This document shows positions 1 to 8,853 of a DNA stretch of 41,491 bases, piece after piece; position 1 is the first letter of the stretch, and every line of letters begins with the position of its first letter. The notes beneath the pieces were generated by a model. The model had not been told where the DNA came from, made no database searches, and saw only the letters and a program-made list of their open reading frames with translations. The stretch is from positions 1 to 41,491 of IMG/VR virus record IMGVR_UViG_3300048575_000417, one strand, 5' to 3'. This DNA is from a virus. Taxonomy: Duplodnaviria; Caudoviricetes. The position numbers and the translations under genes were made by a program.

Positions 1-3000
1 CCGTTTGATACGAATCCAGTCACGAGTGAGTTCTACGCCACTGCCACCAAACAGCTTCCGTATGAATACTACGAGCAGAAAGTCCGTGAGTACCTGGCCC
101 AGAACGACCCGGACGTGAGTATCGCGGATATCCCCTACGCCGGCGCGATCATCCCCAAGAGCATCAACGCGATGCCCGCATCGCTACCGTACCAAGTCAA
201 TACGTCCAGCGTCCTCGGCAGTTCCATTCCGAGCGAGAACAAGCACCGCGTCAGAGTCACTCTGAAGAAAAACGACGGCACGGTAGTGTTTCAATATGTG
301 CTGGTCCTGCCCGAGATGTCGCTGAAGCAAGTGACCATCGAGCCCCATATCTACTCGGGCTCTCAGATCACGCCGAGGCTGCTTCTGGATGGGGTCGTTG
401 TCGCGGAGAATAGGCAGTTACCTTTCGGCGAGAACGATTATGTTCAAGTGGTACTGGAACAATTCGATGGGGATGGCGATAACGCCATTGACAATACCGT
501 AAGCCGCAATGAGGAAGTCAACAACTATTTCGCGATTCTTCTGGACGCCAGCCAAGCGTCGCCAGAATCAATCTCGAAACAGCAGCGTATCGTGAACGAG
601 GCGGCCATTTCGAAGGCCAACGGCGGGAGTCCCACGCAAGACGAACTGATCGGCGGACTGCTCCATCTTGCAGGACTCAAGTACTACTACGATAGGGATC
701 GTGGCGAGGATCGGATTGCCGCGCTCACAGGGGGGGTGTGCTATTACTTCGGAGTTGCGTGCGGTTTCACCATCGCGAGCACAACGCTCCAATCGTTTCA
801 ACAGAATCTTCCAATCCCTTACATCCCTGCAGAACTCACGATGGACCTGCCATCGATGGGGCGGGATGCGATGTCGATCTTTGACCCCACGGAGTACAAC
901 CAGTCGCACGCCATCAGTCTATACTCCATGCGCGACAGCATTATAGGCGACAACGGCTCCGCGATGGAGCATGCCATCTGGGAGGATCTGACGAATGTTG
1001 CCAGCATCTCAACCGTGAAGTCCTTTCAGCTCGCCCGGGAACGTTCCATTCCCATTTACACGATCAATAGCGCCAATTCAGGGACATATATGCCCCTATT
1101 GACGCACTCCCAGTGGACCATGGGTTCGATCCAACAGAAGATTGACGAAGGATTGGCCGTCACCGTCCCTCGTGATCCCACCCCGCTTGGCAATTGGAAT
1201 GGCGTGGGCTACAGGACGGACAATCCCAATGGTAGCTGGGGATCCTATATTATCAGCGGCAGCTTCATCGCCGGGGAATGCGACTCCAACAGGGGCGGAA
1301 TAGCTGCCGGTACCCCAGGAACCGTCGATCCCAAGACGAACCCATCGTCGCCCCAGACGTCCACCCGGACTTTCGCTGCCGATCCGGTCGATGTGGCCAG
1401 CGGGACGGTCGTCCATGATGAGACGGATCTTGCCTTCCCGGGACTCGGATATCCCCTGGAGTTCGCTCGCCATTACCAATCCTCCCAGACCGGCAACCTC
1501 GATTTCGACGGCAACGGAACGGCCGATTTCAATGCCGACCGCGGGATGGGCGAGGGATGGTCGTTCACCTACGCTGATCGCCTGGAAACCAGTACCGATA
1601 CACGTGACCCGGCTGGGACGAAGATCTGGTTTACCGGCAGCGGCGACCGCCTGAAGTTCGAGCCTAACGGCACGGGTGGCTACAAAACGCCCGAGGCGAT
1701 CTTTGGGCAGTTGGCGACGACCGCGGCGGGCGGATATACCTGGACGGACAAGACCGGCAGCACGATCGACTTCGACGGCAACGGACGGCTGCTCCGGATG
1801 CAGGACCGTTACGGCAACGGCGTTGCGGTCTTCTACTATAGCGATGACAGCCAGAACGCCCTATTCCGGCAGATCCACTACGTCCGCGACCTGAAATACC
1901 AGAGCACGCGCTACCTGGAGTTCGCCTACGACGCCAACGGTCACATCCTCTCGATCCGCGATTTTACCCAGCGGGTCTGGACCTATGAGTATGACGCCAA
2001 TCGGCGGCTCCAAAGGGCCATCGCCCCGTCGGATTCCCAAACGCCCGCGGCCGTCACCAGCTACGAGTACTATACGGACACCAGGCGGAGTGGATTGCTC
2101 AAGAAAGTCACTGTTCCCAATGGCGGCGAGACCACCTTCACCTACTACGCCAACCGTCGCGGGTTTGAGGTGACCGACGCGGAAGGCGCGGTCCACCGGT
2201 TCTCCTACAACGTTTTCCGCGACCGGACCGAATGTGCCGACGAACATGGGGCGCTCACCTACTACACCTGTAACAGCAAAGGCAATGTGGTCGAGGAGGT
2301 CTATCCCGATCGCTCGTCGTCCAAGTATACCTGGGACAAGAGCCTGAAGACGGCGGTCACGGATGCGTTTGGACAGTCGGAGTCCTACGTCTACGACAGC
2401 AATGGGAACATGACCCGGCTCACGGATCGGGCAGGGCATGTAACCGCCTTCACCTACACCGACTATGGCAACATCGCTACGATCACCCGACAAGGCGACC
2501 CGAATACTCCCAGCGATGACCAGCTCACCCAATACCGTTACCTCGATGATAGCAGTGGCAAGGACAGTTACCTTCAGGAGATTGAGGACGCCGAGCATGG
2601 CATTACGAGTTACACCTACCCGGCGGACAACCGTGGCCTGCCCGAGTCGGTGACCACGCCCAACGGCCGCCTCACCTCCGAGCCAGACGACTACAAGACG
2701 ACCTACACCTACAATGCGGCCGGCCAGATACTGACGCGGACGAGTCGCGTATCGGCCACCAAGTCGATCACGGAAACGTTCACCTATGACGACCGGGGGA
2801 ACCTGCTCACCAGCACGGACGGCAATCTCCAAACCACGACATACACCTACGACGTACTTGACCGCCAGAAGACGATCACGCTCCCGGATCCCGATGGACT
2901 GGTGCCGGCCCCGAAGGAATGGTCCACGTATGATGCGATGGGGAATCTCCTGAGCGTCACCGACGTGACCGGGCGCGTGAACCGGTTCGAGTACGACGCC

Positions 3001-6000
3001 ATGGGCCGCTTGATCAAGACGACCTATGCCGACGGCACCTACCGGCTGAATAGCTACGATGCGGCCGGGAACCTTGTTGCGAAAACCGATGAGCTTGGTT
3101 GGGTGACTCGGTATTACTACGACGACCGCAACCGATGCACGGCGTCGGTATTGGCGGATGGCAGCGTGGTCCATTCCACCTACGGTGGCGGCGGACGTTT
3201 GGCTAGCGTCACCGATGCCCGAGGCAACGTCACCACGTTCCGCTACGACAAGCTTGGCCGGACGACGGCGGAGATCTCGCCCGATCCGGACGGCACTGGG
3301 CCGCTCCCTCGATCGGAGACGCAGTACACGTACGACGCCAACGGAAACCTCAGTTCGACGATCGATCCTCTGGGGAACGTAACCCGGTATCAGTACGACC
3401 GGCTCAACCGCCAGACCTGCATCACCGATGCCTCGGGCGCGTACCCCGGCGACCCGGCACACAGCGTCTTCACGGACTACGACGCGGACGGCAACATCCT
3501 CTCCGTCACCGATCAGCTTGACAGGACGACCAGCTACGAGTACGACAACCTTGGCCGACTGACGAAGACGATTGAGGCCGACCCGGATGACGCCGGCCCA
3601 CTTGATCCGCCGACGACCTATTACGGTTATGATGACGCGGGCAACCTGCAGTATGTCGAGTATTCGCAGGGCCCGATGACTTGGTATGACTACGACGGGC
3701 TCAACCGCAAGATCCGGGAGACCGTTGGCAGTGGGTCTGAAGTCCTGATCACGTGTTACTCCTACGATGCCGCGGGCAACTTGCAGCGCGTCGCCGATCC
3801 CATGGACAACAGTACCATGGAGCCGGAGCACACCACGGAGTACCAGTACGACGTGCGTAACCGGCTAGTCAAGGAGATCGGCCACGATCCGGACGGCACC
3901 GGGCCGAACGGCACTGCACCGCTTTCGCGACCGGAGACAACGTACACGTACGACGCCAACGGGAACCTCACCTCGACGACCGATCCCTTGGGCAACGTGA
4001 CCCGGTATCAGTACGACCGGCTCAACCGTCAGACCTGCGTCACCGACGCCCAGGGGGCGAGTGTCGTCACGACCTACGACGAGGCCGGCAATGTCTTGAG
4101 CGTTACGGATTCGGAAGGCAATACGACAAATTATTCCTACGACGGCCTCGATCGGCTGCATTCAGAGACCACTTCCTCCGGGAGCCGATCGTACACGTAC
4201 GATCTGGCGGGCAACCTTGTCGAGCAGACCGATCGGAACGGCCGGATCACGCAGTACGTCTATGATTCGCTCGGACGGTGCGTAGAAGAGCGGTGGCTCA
4301 AGCGGCTTGAGGATAACTCGCTACAGGTGATCCACACCATCCACAACTGGTACGATGCCGCCGGGCAACTCCGCGGGATCACGGAGTCGGATGCCGCGAA
4401 TCCGACGTCCGCCACTTGTTACCAGTACGACTATGACGCGAATGGCAATGTGGTTCGCGCGAGGGTCGCTTCCGGGGACGTAGCCCAGCCAGCGCCCGAG
4501 GTGGCGACCGGGAGCCTCGGCGATGCCGGCGAAAGCACCCTCGATTGGGACCTCGACGGCATGGCGGAGAACTATGACAACTCGACGCGGAACCTTGCGG
4601 TCGGGCAGGTCGTCCTGGTCAAGCTCACCTCCAGCCAGTTCGATCCGGTCCTGGTCATCGACGGCCCCTCGGGGACAGGCAGCCGGAGGCTCATTGACAC
4701 CAGCAGTCTTGACGGTCGCAACGCCTACCTCCTGTTCACGGCGGATCAGGCCGGAGAGTGGACCATCCGCGTCACGTCGGCCACGGTGACCAGCGGGAAC
4801 TACACGCTGGAAGTGCTCGTCAATCCCTTCCCGTTCGTCCCGAACGCCTTTGCCGAATTCACCTACACCTACGACGTGGCCGGCAATGTCGAGACAACGC
4901 GAGACACCTGCAACACCCTAACGGAGTACGTCTACGATCCCTTCAATCGGCTCCAGCAAGTCCGTCAGTCGAGCCAATCCGGCACCGGAGTGGCGGAGAA
5001 AGAAGTTGACTTCGCGTACGACCGTAACAGCCGCGTCAGCACCGTCACCCGCTGCGCCGGCCTGGGCGGCACCCAGGAAGTCGCCACAACGGCCTATGAC
5101 TACGATGGAATCGGCCGGGTTACCTATCTCGCCCACCGCCACGGCCTGACCACGATCGCCGACTACGGCTTGACGTTCGACTCCGCCAGCCGAATCACCC
5201 AGATGACCTCCTCGCAGGACGGCACGAGCAGTTTCGGCTACGACGCGACCAACCAGCTCACCTCGGCCGTCCACAGCTCCCAGGCCGCCGAGGCCTATAC
5301 CTACGACGACAACGGCAACCGGACAGGCGATGGTTATACCTCCGGCGTCCAGAACCGGATGACCTCGGACGGGACGTACCACTACGAGTACGACGGCGAA
5401 GGGAACCGCAAGCTGCGCTACGAGTGGACCGATGCCAACAGTAATGGCCAGGTCGACCCCGGCGAGCGAAGCCAGATCACCGAGTACACCTGGGACCACC
5501 GCAACCGATTGACCCAAGTCACCGAGCGTCCTATCGACGGGGCGGTGCCCACGCAGACGATCGACTACGCCTACGATGCGTTCAATCATCTGGTCCGCCG
5601 TTCGTTGGATAGCGCCGCCGACGGCACGCCGGACGAGGTGGCCAAGTACGTCTACGACGGCGACGATCTCGCCCTGGAGTTCGACGGCGCAGGCAACCTC
5701 ACCCACCGCTACCTTTGGAGCAGCGCCGTCGACGAGGTCTTGGCCGACGAGCAGATCGGCGGCCAGGTCGTCTGGCCCTTGGCCGATCACGAGGGCACGG
5801 CCCGCGACTTGGTCAGTTCCGCAGGCACGGTGCTCAACCACCGCCAGTTCGACTCCTTTGGGACGGTCACTTCCGAGACTGACGCGGCCGTCGATCACCT
5901 CTTCGGCTTCACCGGCCAGATCCTCGACGAGGCCACGGGCCTCCAGAACCACCTGAACCGCTGGTATGACCCAGCCGTGGGCCGCTGGACCAGCGAAGAC

Positions 6001-6780
6001 CCATCCGGCTTCGCCGGCGGCGAGGACATGAACCTCTACCGCTACGTGGGCAACAACCCGGTGAACTTGGTGGATCCCTCGGGGTTGTGTGGCACGCAGG
6101 GGCAACGAGAGCGGAGCTATTTGGAGAGGACCCTCAGGCACGTGGTGATGGGGGACTACTCGGAAGGGGATGCGACTTTAGCTAGCGTTGGGATCAGCCT
6201 GGTCGCCGGCTTCTTTGGTGCCGATCTGCCGATGGATCTCCGGGACTCCTGGCACAGCGTAACCCATTGGGAATGGTCTTGGAGCCATGGCTTCAAGACG
6301 GGACTCAACCTCCTGGGAATGCTTCCCGTGATCGGGATGGTGAAGAACCTCAAGCATCTCGACCACGTCGTTGACGCTGGAAAACAGCTTGACAAGGTGG
6401 CCGATGTCGGGAAGCATAGTGATGAGGCCGCGGCGCTGGCCAAGAATGCCTCATCTGGGATGTCTATTCTGGACTGGCTGAGGTCATTCAACCCAGCAAA
6501 GACAAAGGGGGCGATGTCCCTGGAGGAAGCCGGCAGACTGGATGCGAGAGACATAATCAACCGGGTCCGCAAGGAGTTCTATACGCAAGGCTTGGAATCC
6601 GGGCGGCACGGTGAATATCCCCGCGCTGCGGCAAACGCATTACGGGAGGCCGCCGTCGAGGCAGAGAAACAGGGCTACTTGCCTAAGTACGTGGAGCAGT
6701 TGCGTTCCGCCGCCGAAACGATGGAAAAACGGGCAGGGGCAGGTCATAGAGGAGGAATCAGTGGAAGAGGACGAAAATAG
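1..6780 (+). CDS. rhs: Giant RHS/YD-repeat polymorphic toxin, 5'-truncated by the window edge
   Basis: Frame +1 is open from base 1 (PFDTNPVTSEFY...), so the GTG at 115 is internal. DUF6531-like ADPVDVASG...LEFARHY at ~1375-1590; many YxYDxxGNL/GRL repeats; RHS core RWYDPAVGRWTSEDPSG...NLYRYVGNNPVNLVDPSGL; 230-aa C-terminal extension from 6088. Confidence 0.95.
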   Translation, partial: PFDTNPVTSEFYATATKQLPYEYYEQKVREYLAQNDPDVSIADIPYAGAIIPKSINAMPASLPYQVNTSSVLGSSIPSENKHRVRVTLKKNDGTVVFQYVLVLPEMSLKQVTIEPHIYSGSQITPRLLLDGVVVAENRQLPFGENDYVQVVLEQFDGDGDNAIDNTVSRNEEVNNYFAILLDASQASPESISKQQRIVNEAAISKANGGSPTQDELIGGLLHLAGLKYYYDRDRGEDRIAALTGGVCYYFGVACGFTIASTTLQSFQQNLPIPYIPAELTMDLPSMGRDAMSIFDPTEYNQSHAISLYSMRDSIIGDNGSAMEHAIWEDLTNVASISTVKSFQLARERSIPIYTINSANSGTYMPLLTHSQWTMGSIQQKIDEGLAVTVPRDPTPLGNWNGVGYRTDNPNGSWGSYIISGSFIAGECDSNRGGIAAGTPGTVDPKTNPSSPQTSTRTFAADPVDVASGTVVHDETDLAFPGLGYPLEFARHYQSSQTGNLDFDGNGTADFNADRGMGEGWSFTYADRLETSTDTRDPAGTKIWFTGSGDRLKFEPNGTGGYKTPEAIFGQLATTAAGGYTWTDKTGSTIDFDGNGRLLRMQDRYGNGVAVFYYSDDSQNALFRQIHYVRDLKYQSTRYLEFAYDANGHILSIRDFTQRVWTYEYDANRRLQRAIAPSDSQTPAAVTSYEYYTDTRRSGLLKKVTVPNGGETTFTYYANRRGFEVTDAEGAVHRFSYNVFRDRTECADEHGALTYYTCNSKGNVVEEVYPDRSSSKYTWDKSLKTAVTDAFGQSESYVYDSNGNMTRLTDRAGHVTAFTYTDYGNIATITRQGDPNTPSDDQLTQYRYLDDSSGKDSYLQEIEDAEHGITSYTYPADNRGLPESVTTPNGRLTSEPDDYKTTYTYNAAGQILTRTSRVSATKSITETFTYDDRGNLLTSTDGNLQTTTYTYDVLDRQKTITLPDPDGLVPAPKEWSTYDAMGNLLSVTDVTGRVNRFEYDAMGRLIKTTYADGTYRLNSYDAAGNLVAKTDELGWVTRYYYDDRNRCTASVLADGSVVHSTYGGGGRLASVTDARGNVTTFRYDKLGRTTAEISPDPDGTGPLPRSETQYTYDANGNLSSTIDPLGNVTRYQYDRLNRQTCITDASGAYPGDPAHSVFTDYDADGNILSVTDQLDRTTSYEYDNLGRLTKTIEADPDDAGPLDPPTTYYGYDDAGNLQYVEYSQGPMTWYDYDGLNRKIRETVGSGSEVLITCYSYDAAGNLQRVADPMDNSTMEPEHTTEYQYDVRNRLVKEIGHDPDGTGPNGTAPLSRPETTYTYDANGNLTSTTDPLGNVTRYQYDRLNRQTCVTDAQGASVVTTYDEAGNVLSVTDSEGNTTNYSYDGLDRLHSETTSSGSRSYTYDLAGNLVEQTDRNGRITQYVYDSLGRCVEERWLKRLEDNSLQVIHTIHNWYDAAGQLRGITESDAANPTSATCYQYDYDANGNVVRARVASGDVAQPAPEVATGSLGDAGESTLDWDLDGMAENYDNSTRNLAVGQVVLVKLTSSQFDPVLVIDGPSGTGSRRLIDTSSLDGRNAYLLFTADQAGEWTIRVTSATVTSGNYTLEVLVNPFPFVPNAFAEFTYTYDVAGNVETTRDTCNTLTEYVYDPFNRLQQVRQSSQSGTGVAEKEVDFAYDRNSRVSTVTRCAGLGGTQEVATTAYDYDGIGRVTYLAHRHGLTTIADYGLTFDSASRITQMTSSQDGTSSFGYDATNQLTSAVHSSQAAEAYTYDDNGNRTGDGYTSGVQNRMTSDGTYHYEYDGEGNRKLRYEWTDANSNGQVDPGERSQITEYTWDHRNRLTQVTERPIDGAVPTQTIDYAYDAFNHLVRRSLDSAADGTPDEVAKYVYDGDDLALEFDGAGNLTHRYLWSSAVDEVLADEQIGGQVVWPLADHEGTARDLVSSAGTVLNHRQFDSFGTVTSETDAAVDHLFGFTGQILDEATGLQNHLNRWYDPAVGRWTSEDPSGFAGGEDMNLYRYVGNNPVNLVDPSGLCGTQGQRERSYLERTLRHVVMGDYSEGDATLASVGISLVAGFFGADLPMDLRDSWHSVTHWEWSWSHGFKTGLNLLGMLPVIGMVKNLKHLDHVVDAGKQLDKVADVGKHSDEAAALAKNASSGMSILDWLRSFNPAKTKGAMSLEEAGRLDARDIINRVRKEFYTQGLESGRHGEYPRAAANALREAAVEAEKQGYLPKYVEQLRSAAETMEKRAGAGHRGGISGRGRK
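3283..4050 (+). repeat. Internal duplication in rhs (3283-3432 and 3886-4050)
   Basis: DPDGTGP-LPRSETQYTYDANGNLSSTIDPLGNVTRYQYDRLNRQTCITDA versus DPDGTGP(NGTAP)LSRPETTYTYDANGNLTSTTDPLGNVTRYQYDRLNRQTCVTDA, with long identical DNA runs such as acccggtatcagtacgaccggctcaaccg. Confidence 0.9.
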
Positions 6781-7441
6781 CTTTCCCGAAATTGCCGAGC
6801 GAATAGACGAGATCTTGCACAAGCCACGTGGACAGGGGGTGCAAGAACTTGATACGCTACTAGATGAGTTGGATGCCGCCGTGAAGGCTCAACCTAGCGC
6901 TGCACTGCTGTGTGCTATTGGCTACGGACTTTACGTCCACCCAGAACGTGTATCGCACCCCGAAATGAACGAGCATCTCAAGGAGGTGCTCAACGACGCA
7001 CTGCGGCTTGACAGCAATTTCGCGCCAGCCGCTCTTTACCTTGCGCACTACAACTACGATTTAGGAGAATACTCGCTGGCCGTCGAGCTGTTTCAACAAG
7101 CGTTAGGTGCTTGTTGGAACGATTATTACCGAACGAAGATTGTGGAATTGCTTGTTTGCTGCCGGATACATCTTGTTGGACTTCGCGGCTGTCTCGGCGA
7201 CCTGTCGCAGTTTGTTGAACTCTGTGGGACTGTCGACGAGTACGACGTCTTCCCGATCGAGCTCTTCAAGACCGTCAATTCAGCCGTCGTCTCCGGCGCA
7301 GACGTGGAAGCTGTTTCGAAGGCTGCACGGCTGTTGGAAACGTTGGTTGACATTACAAATCAACGAACTGTTTTTGAAGAGGATATTCGGAACCTGCTGC
7401 ATATCGCCAGGCAGAGGCGGCCCGAGGCAGAGCTTGAGTAG
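6761..7441 (+). CDS. Putative cognate immunity protein, TPR-like helical (226 aa)
   Basis: GTG at 6761 follows GGAGGA (6751-6756) and overlaps the rhs 3' end by 20 nt. Acidic and helical, with TPR-like ALRLDSNFAPAALYLAHYNYDLGEYSLAVELFQQAL; lower GC than the phage region. Confidence 0.75.
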   Translation: MEEDENSFPEIAERIDEILHKPRGQGVQELDTLLDELDAAVKAQPSAALLCAIGYGLYVHPERVSHPEMNEHLKEVLNDALRLDSNFAPAALYLAHYNYDLGEYSLAVELFQQALGACWNDYYRTKIVELLVCCRIHLVGLRGCLGDLSQFVELCGTVDEYDVFPIELFKTVNSAVVSGADVEAVSKAARLLETLVDITNQRTVFEEDIRNLLHIARQRRPEAELE

Positions 7442-7473
7442 TCCTACAGGGCGATGAAGGTGTCGGCAATGCC

Positions 7474-7550
7474 ATTCGGAGAATTCGGAGAGAATTCGGG
7501 GGACACACGACTTAATTCACCCGAGGCTTCCGTTTTAGGCCGCGATTCGG
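7474..7550. repeat. Short (A)ATTCGG tandem repeats / REP-like element
   Basis: attcgga-gaattcggag-agaattcgggggacacacgacttaattc, plus a fourth gattcgg at 7544. Confidence 0.4.
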
Positions 7551-7634
7551 AGGCTTGACGGGGGCAGATCGCCGTTAGGCGTTAGCGAGACACGAGAGAC
7601 TGTGCCTGCCAGGAACGAATGGGACGGGCCGTCG

Positions 7635-7883
7635 TTAGGTGTTCTCGCAAAATGCCACGGTAACGCCCCCATTGCCTCCTGTGGCAGAGGAGGCAAGAAA
7701 GGTGGAAATTGGACCAGCCGTTCTGGCCCCCCTGGCAGCCCCCCGTTCGTTCCGGCTAACGCGTACGCGAACCTCATGCCCGCAGCCGTCGACCGGAGTC
7801 CCGGCCGTATTCTTGGCGATCTTCCCCGTAGCCGACTCGACGACTCGCCACTTGCCGCCGACTAGCAGCGGCTTAACAGGCAT
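7635..7883 (-). CDS. Small phage hypothetical protein, possibly 3'-truncated
   Basis: ATG at 7883 overlaps the upstream stop (ATGCCTGTTAA). MPVKPLLVGGKWRVVESATGKIAKNTAGTPVDGCGH looks coding; the remainder runs through palindromic and homopolymer DNA. Confidence 0.5.
   Translation of the reverse strand: MPVKPLLVGGKWRVVESATGKIAKNTAGTPVDGCGHEVRVRVSRNERGAARGARTAGPISTFLASSATGGNGGVTVAFCENT
7672..7696. terminator. Hairpin, possible terminator of the leftward operon or a protein-binding site
   Basis: Perfect 9-bp inverted repeat ttgcctcct-(gtggcag)-aggaggcaa; no strong U-tract. Confidence 0.35.
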
Positions 7884-8196
7884 CCTTCGCCACTGTGTAG
7901 TAGGTCTGGGCATCGAAGTCGTCGTCTTCCTTGTCCGCAACCGAGAGAGTGATTGCTTTGCTCCTGGCCGCAACGGCGAACGCCTCCAGGTCTTCGGTCG
8001 GCACGCCGGCCAGGGCGTTGACGCAGGCCAGGATCCGGCGGGTGTTGTGGTCGCCCAGCCGGGATTCCGGCTTGTTGATGCACAAGGCCACGGCGACGGC
8101 ATTGGCGTCGAGGATCCAGCGGGACGTCGGGAACGTGTTGTCTTGCCGCCAGGGTTCGGACGCATGGAGCACGGGGGCGGGAGGGATCTTCAGCAT
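7873..8196 (-). CDS. Phage hypothetical protein (NxRRIxACVNA motif)
   Basis: HNTRRILACVNALAGVPTEDLE resembles a motif common in small phage proteins; tightly packed with its neighbours. Confidence 0.7.
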   Translation of the reverse strand: MLKIPPAPVLHASEPWRQDNTFPTSRWILDANAVAVALCINKPESRLGDHNTRRILACVNALAGVPTEDLEAFAVAARSKAITLSVADKEDDDFDAQTYYTVAKDAC

Positions 8197-8209
8197 AGGT
8201 TACCTCGGG

Positions 8210-8425
8210 TTAAAACTTCTCGATGACGCGAAAGCCGTCGTCGTCGAGCGGATAATCGTCCTCGTGGGTCAGGTCGTAGAAGTCGGCTAGGTCGGCGCGG
8301 TCCAACGGTTCGTTGAGGTTGTTGCTGCCGTGCCGCAGGCAACGCTTGCAGTAGTAGTCGCGCCCTTCAACGGGGTGTTTGACTCGCACGTCCCTACCGC
8401 ATCCTTTGCAGCACAATCGGGGCAT
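8210..8425 (-). CDS. Small zinc-finger protein with acidic tail (71 aa)
   Basis: ATG at 8425 follows GAAGGA; CKGC...CKRC, then a D/E-rich C-terminus. Confidence 0.65.
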   Translation of the reverse strand: MPRLCCKGCGRDVRVKHPVEGRDYYCKRCLRHGSNNLNEPLDRADLADFYDLTHEDDYPLDDDGFRVIEKF

Positions 8426-8448
8426 CCGTCCTTCGTTCGGGCTGGTCA

Positions 8449-8679
8449 CTACGCCTCTTCTCCGTTGATCCGTCGCAGGAATCGGTCGAACGCCTCTCGG
8501 CTGGTGACCGGCTGGCCGCCGTAATAGGCCCATTCCAACGTAATCCTGTGGTGGGTGCGGCGACATCGGACTCCCCTCGTGCGCCAGTTGTAGATCGAAT
8601 CCGCGGAAGGCTTCCCGGGGAGGGAGCGGGACTGGGAGCAGTAGACGATGGATTCGTAGAGCACTCGCGTGGTCAGCAA
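8449..8679 (-). CDS. DUF1580-like HTH (MerR/excisionase-like) DNA-binding protein
   Basis: LPGKPSADSIYNWRTRGVR...LEWAYYGGQPVTSREAFDRFL matches the DUF1580 pattern (P..P....W...G....L.....GG...TS.EA..RF); TTG start 7 nt after GGAG. Confidence 0.75.
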   Translation of the reverse strand: MLTTRVLYESIVYCSQSRSLPGKPSADSIYNWRTRGVRCRRTHHRITLEWAYYGGQPVTSREAFDRFLRRINGEEA

Positions 8680-8743
8680 GCATGGGCTCCGCTTTCGTGT
8701 TCGCCGTCAACGTCCGCAATCGTCGCATGCACGTGAGAAGTGC

Positions 8744-8763
8744 GCAAATGAGGACTCATTTGC
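8744..8763. promoter_or_regulatory. Palindromic operator candidate in the divergent promoter region
   Basis: gcaaatgag-GA-ctcatttgc: perfect 9-bp arms with a 2-nt spacer, lying between divergent operons. Confidence 0.5.
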
Positions 8764-8777
8764 CTCCCGGGGCGTTT

Positions 8778-8844
8778 GGGGTTCTGAGCGTATGTCGTAA
8801 GACAAACGCAGACGGGGGCCGATCCCCCGTGCCCCGAGAACCCC
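8778..8844 (+). ncRNA. Candidate structured 5' leader (three-way junction)
   Basis: P1 ggggttct/agaacccc encloses gcgt-a-tgtc(GTAA)gaca-a-acgc and acggggg(ccgat)cccccgt; ends 9 nt before ATG 8854. Confidence 0.35.
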
Positions 8845-8853
8845 GGAAGCCTC

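Noticed and set aside
115-117. GTG start of rhs given by the ORF track
   Set aside because: The frame is open and coding-like from base 1, so the true start lies outside the window.
6611-6760. N-terminal extension of the immunity ORF
   Set aside because: It overlaps the toxin tip; GTG 6761 has a clear RBS.
7441-7640. tRNA or att site at the phage border
   Set aside because: No cloverleaf or T-loop motif, and no partner direct repeat is visible in the window.
7574-7760. Integron attC-like GTTAGGC/GTTAGGT cores
   Set aside because: No matching upstream RYYYAAC or attC stem, and no integron integrase.
8778-8844. Hammerhead ribozyme or c-di-GMP riboswitch
   Set aside because: The CUGANGA/GAAA core and the riboswitch consensus are not matched.
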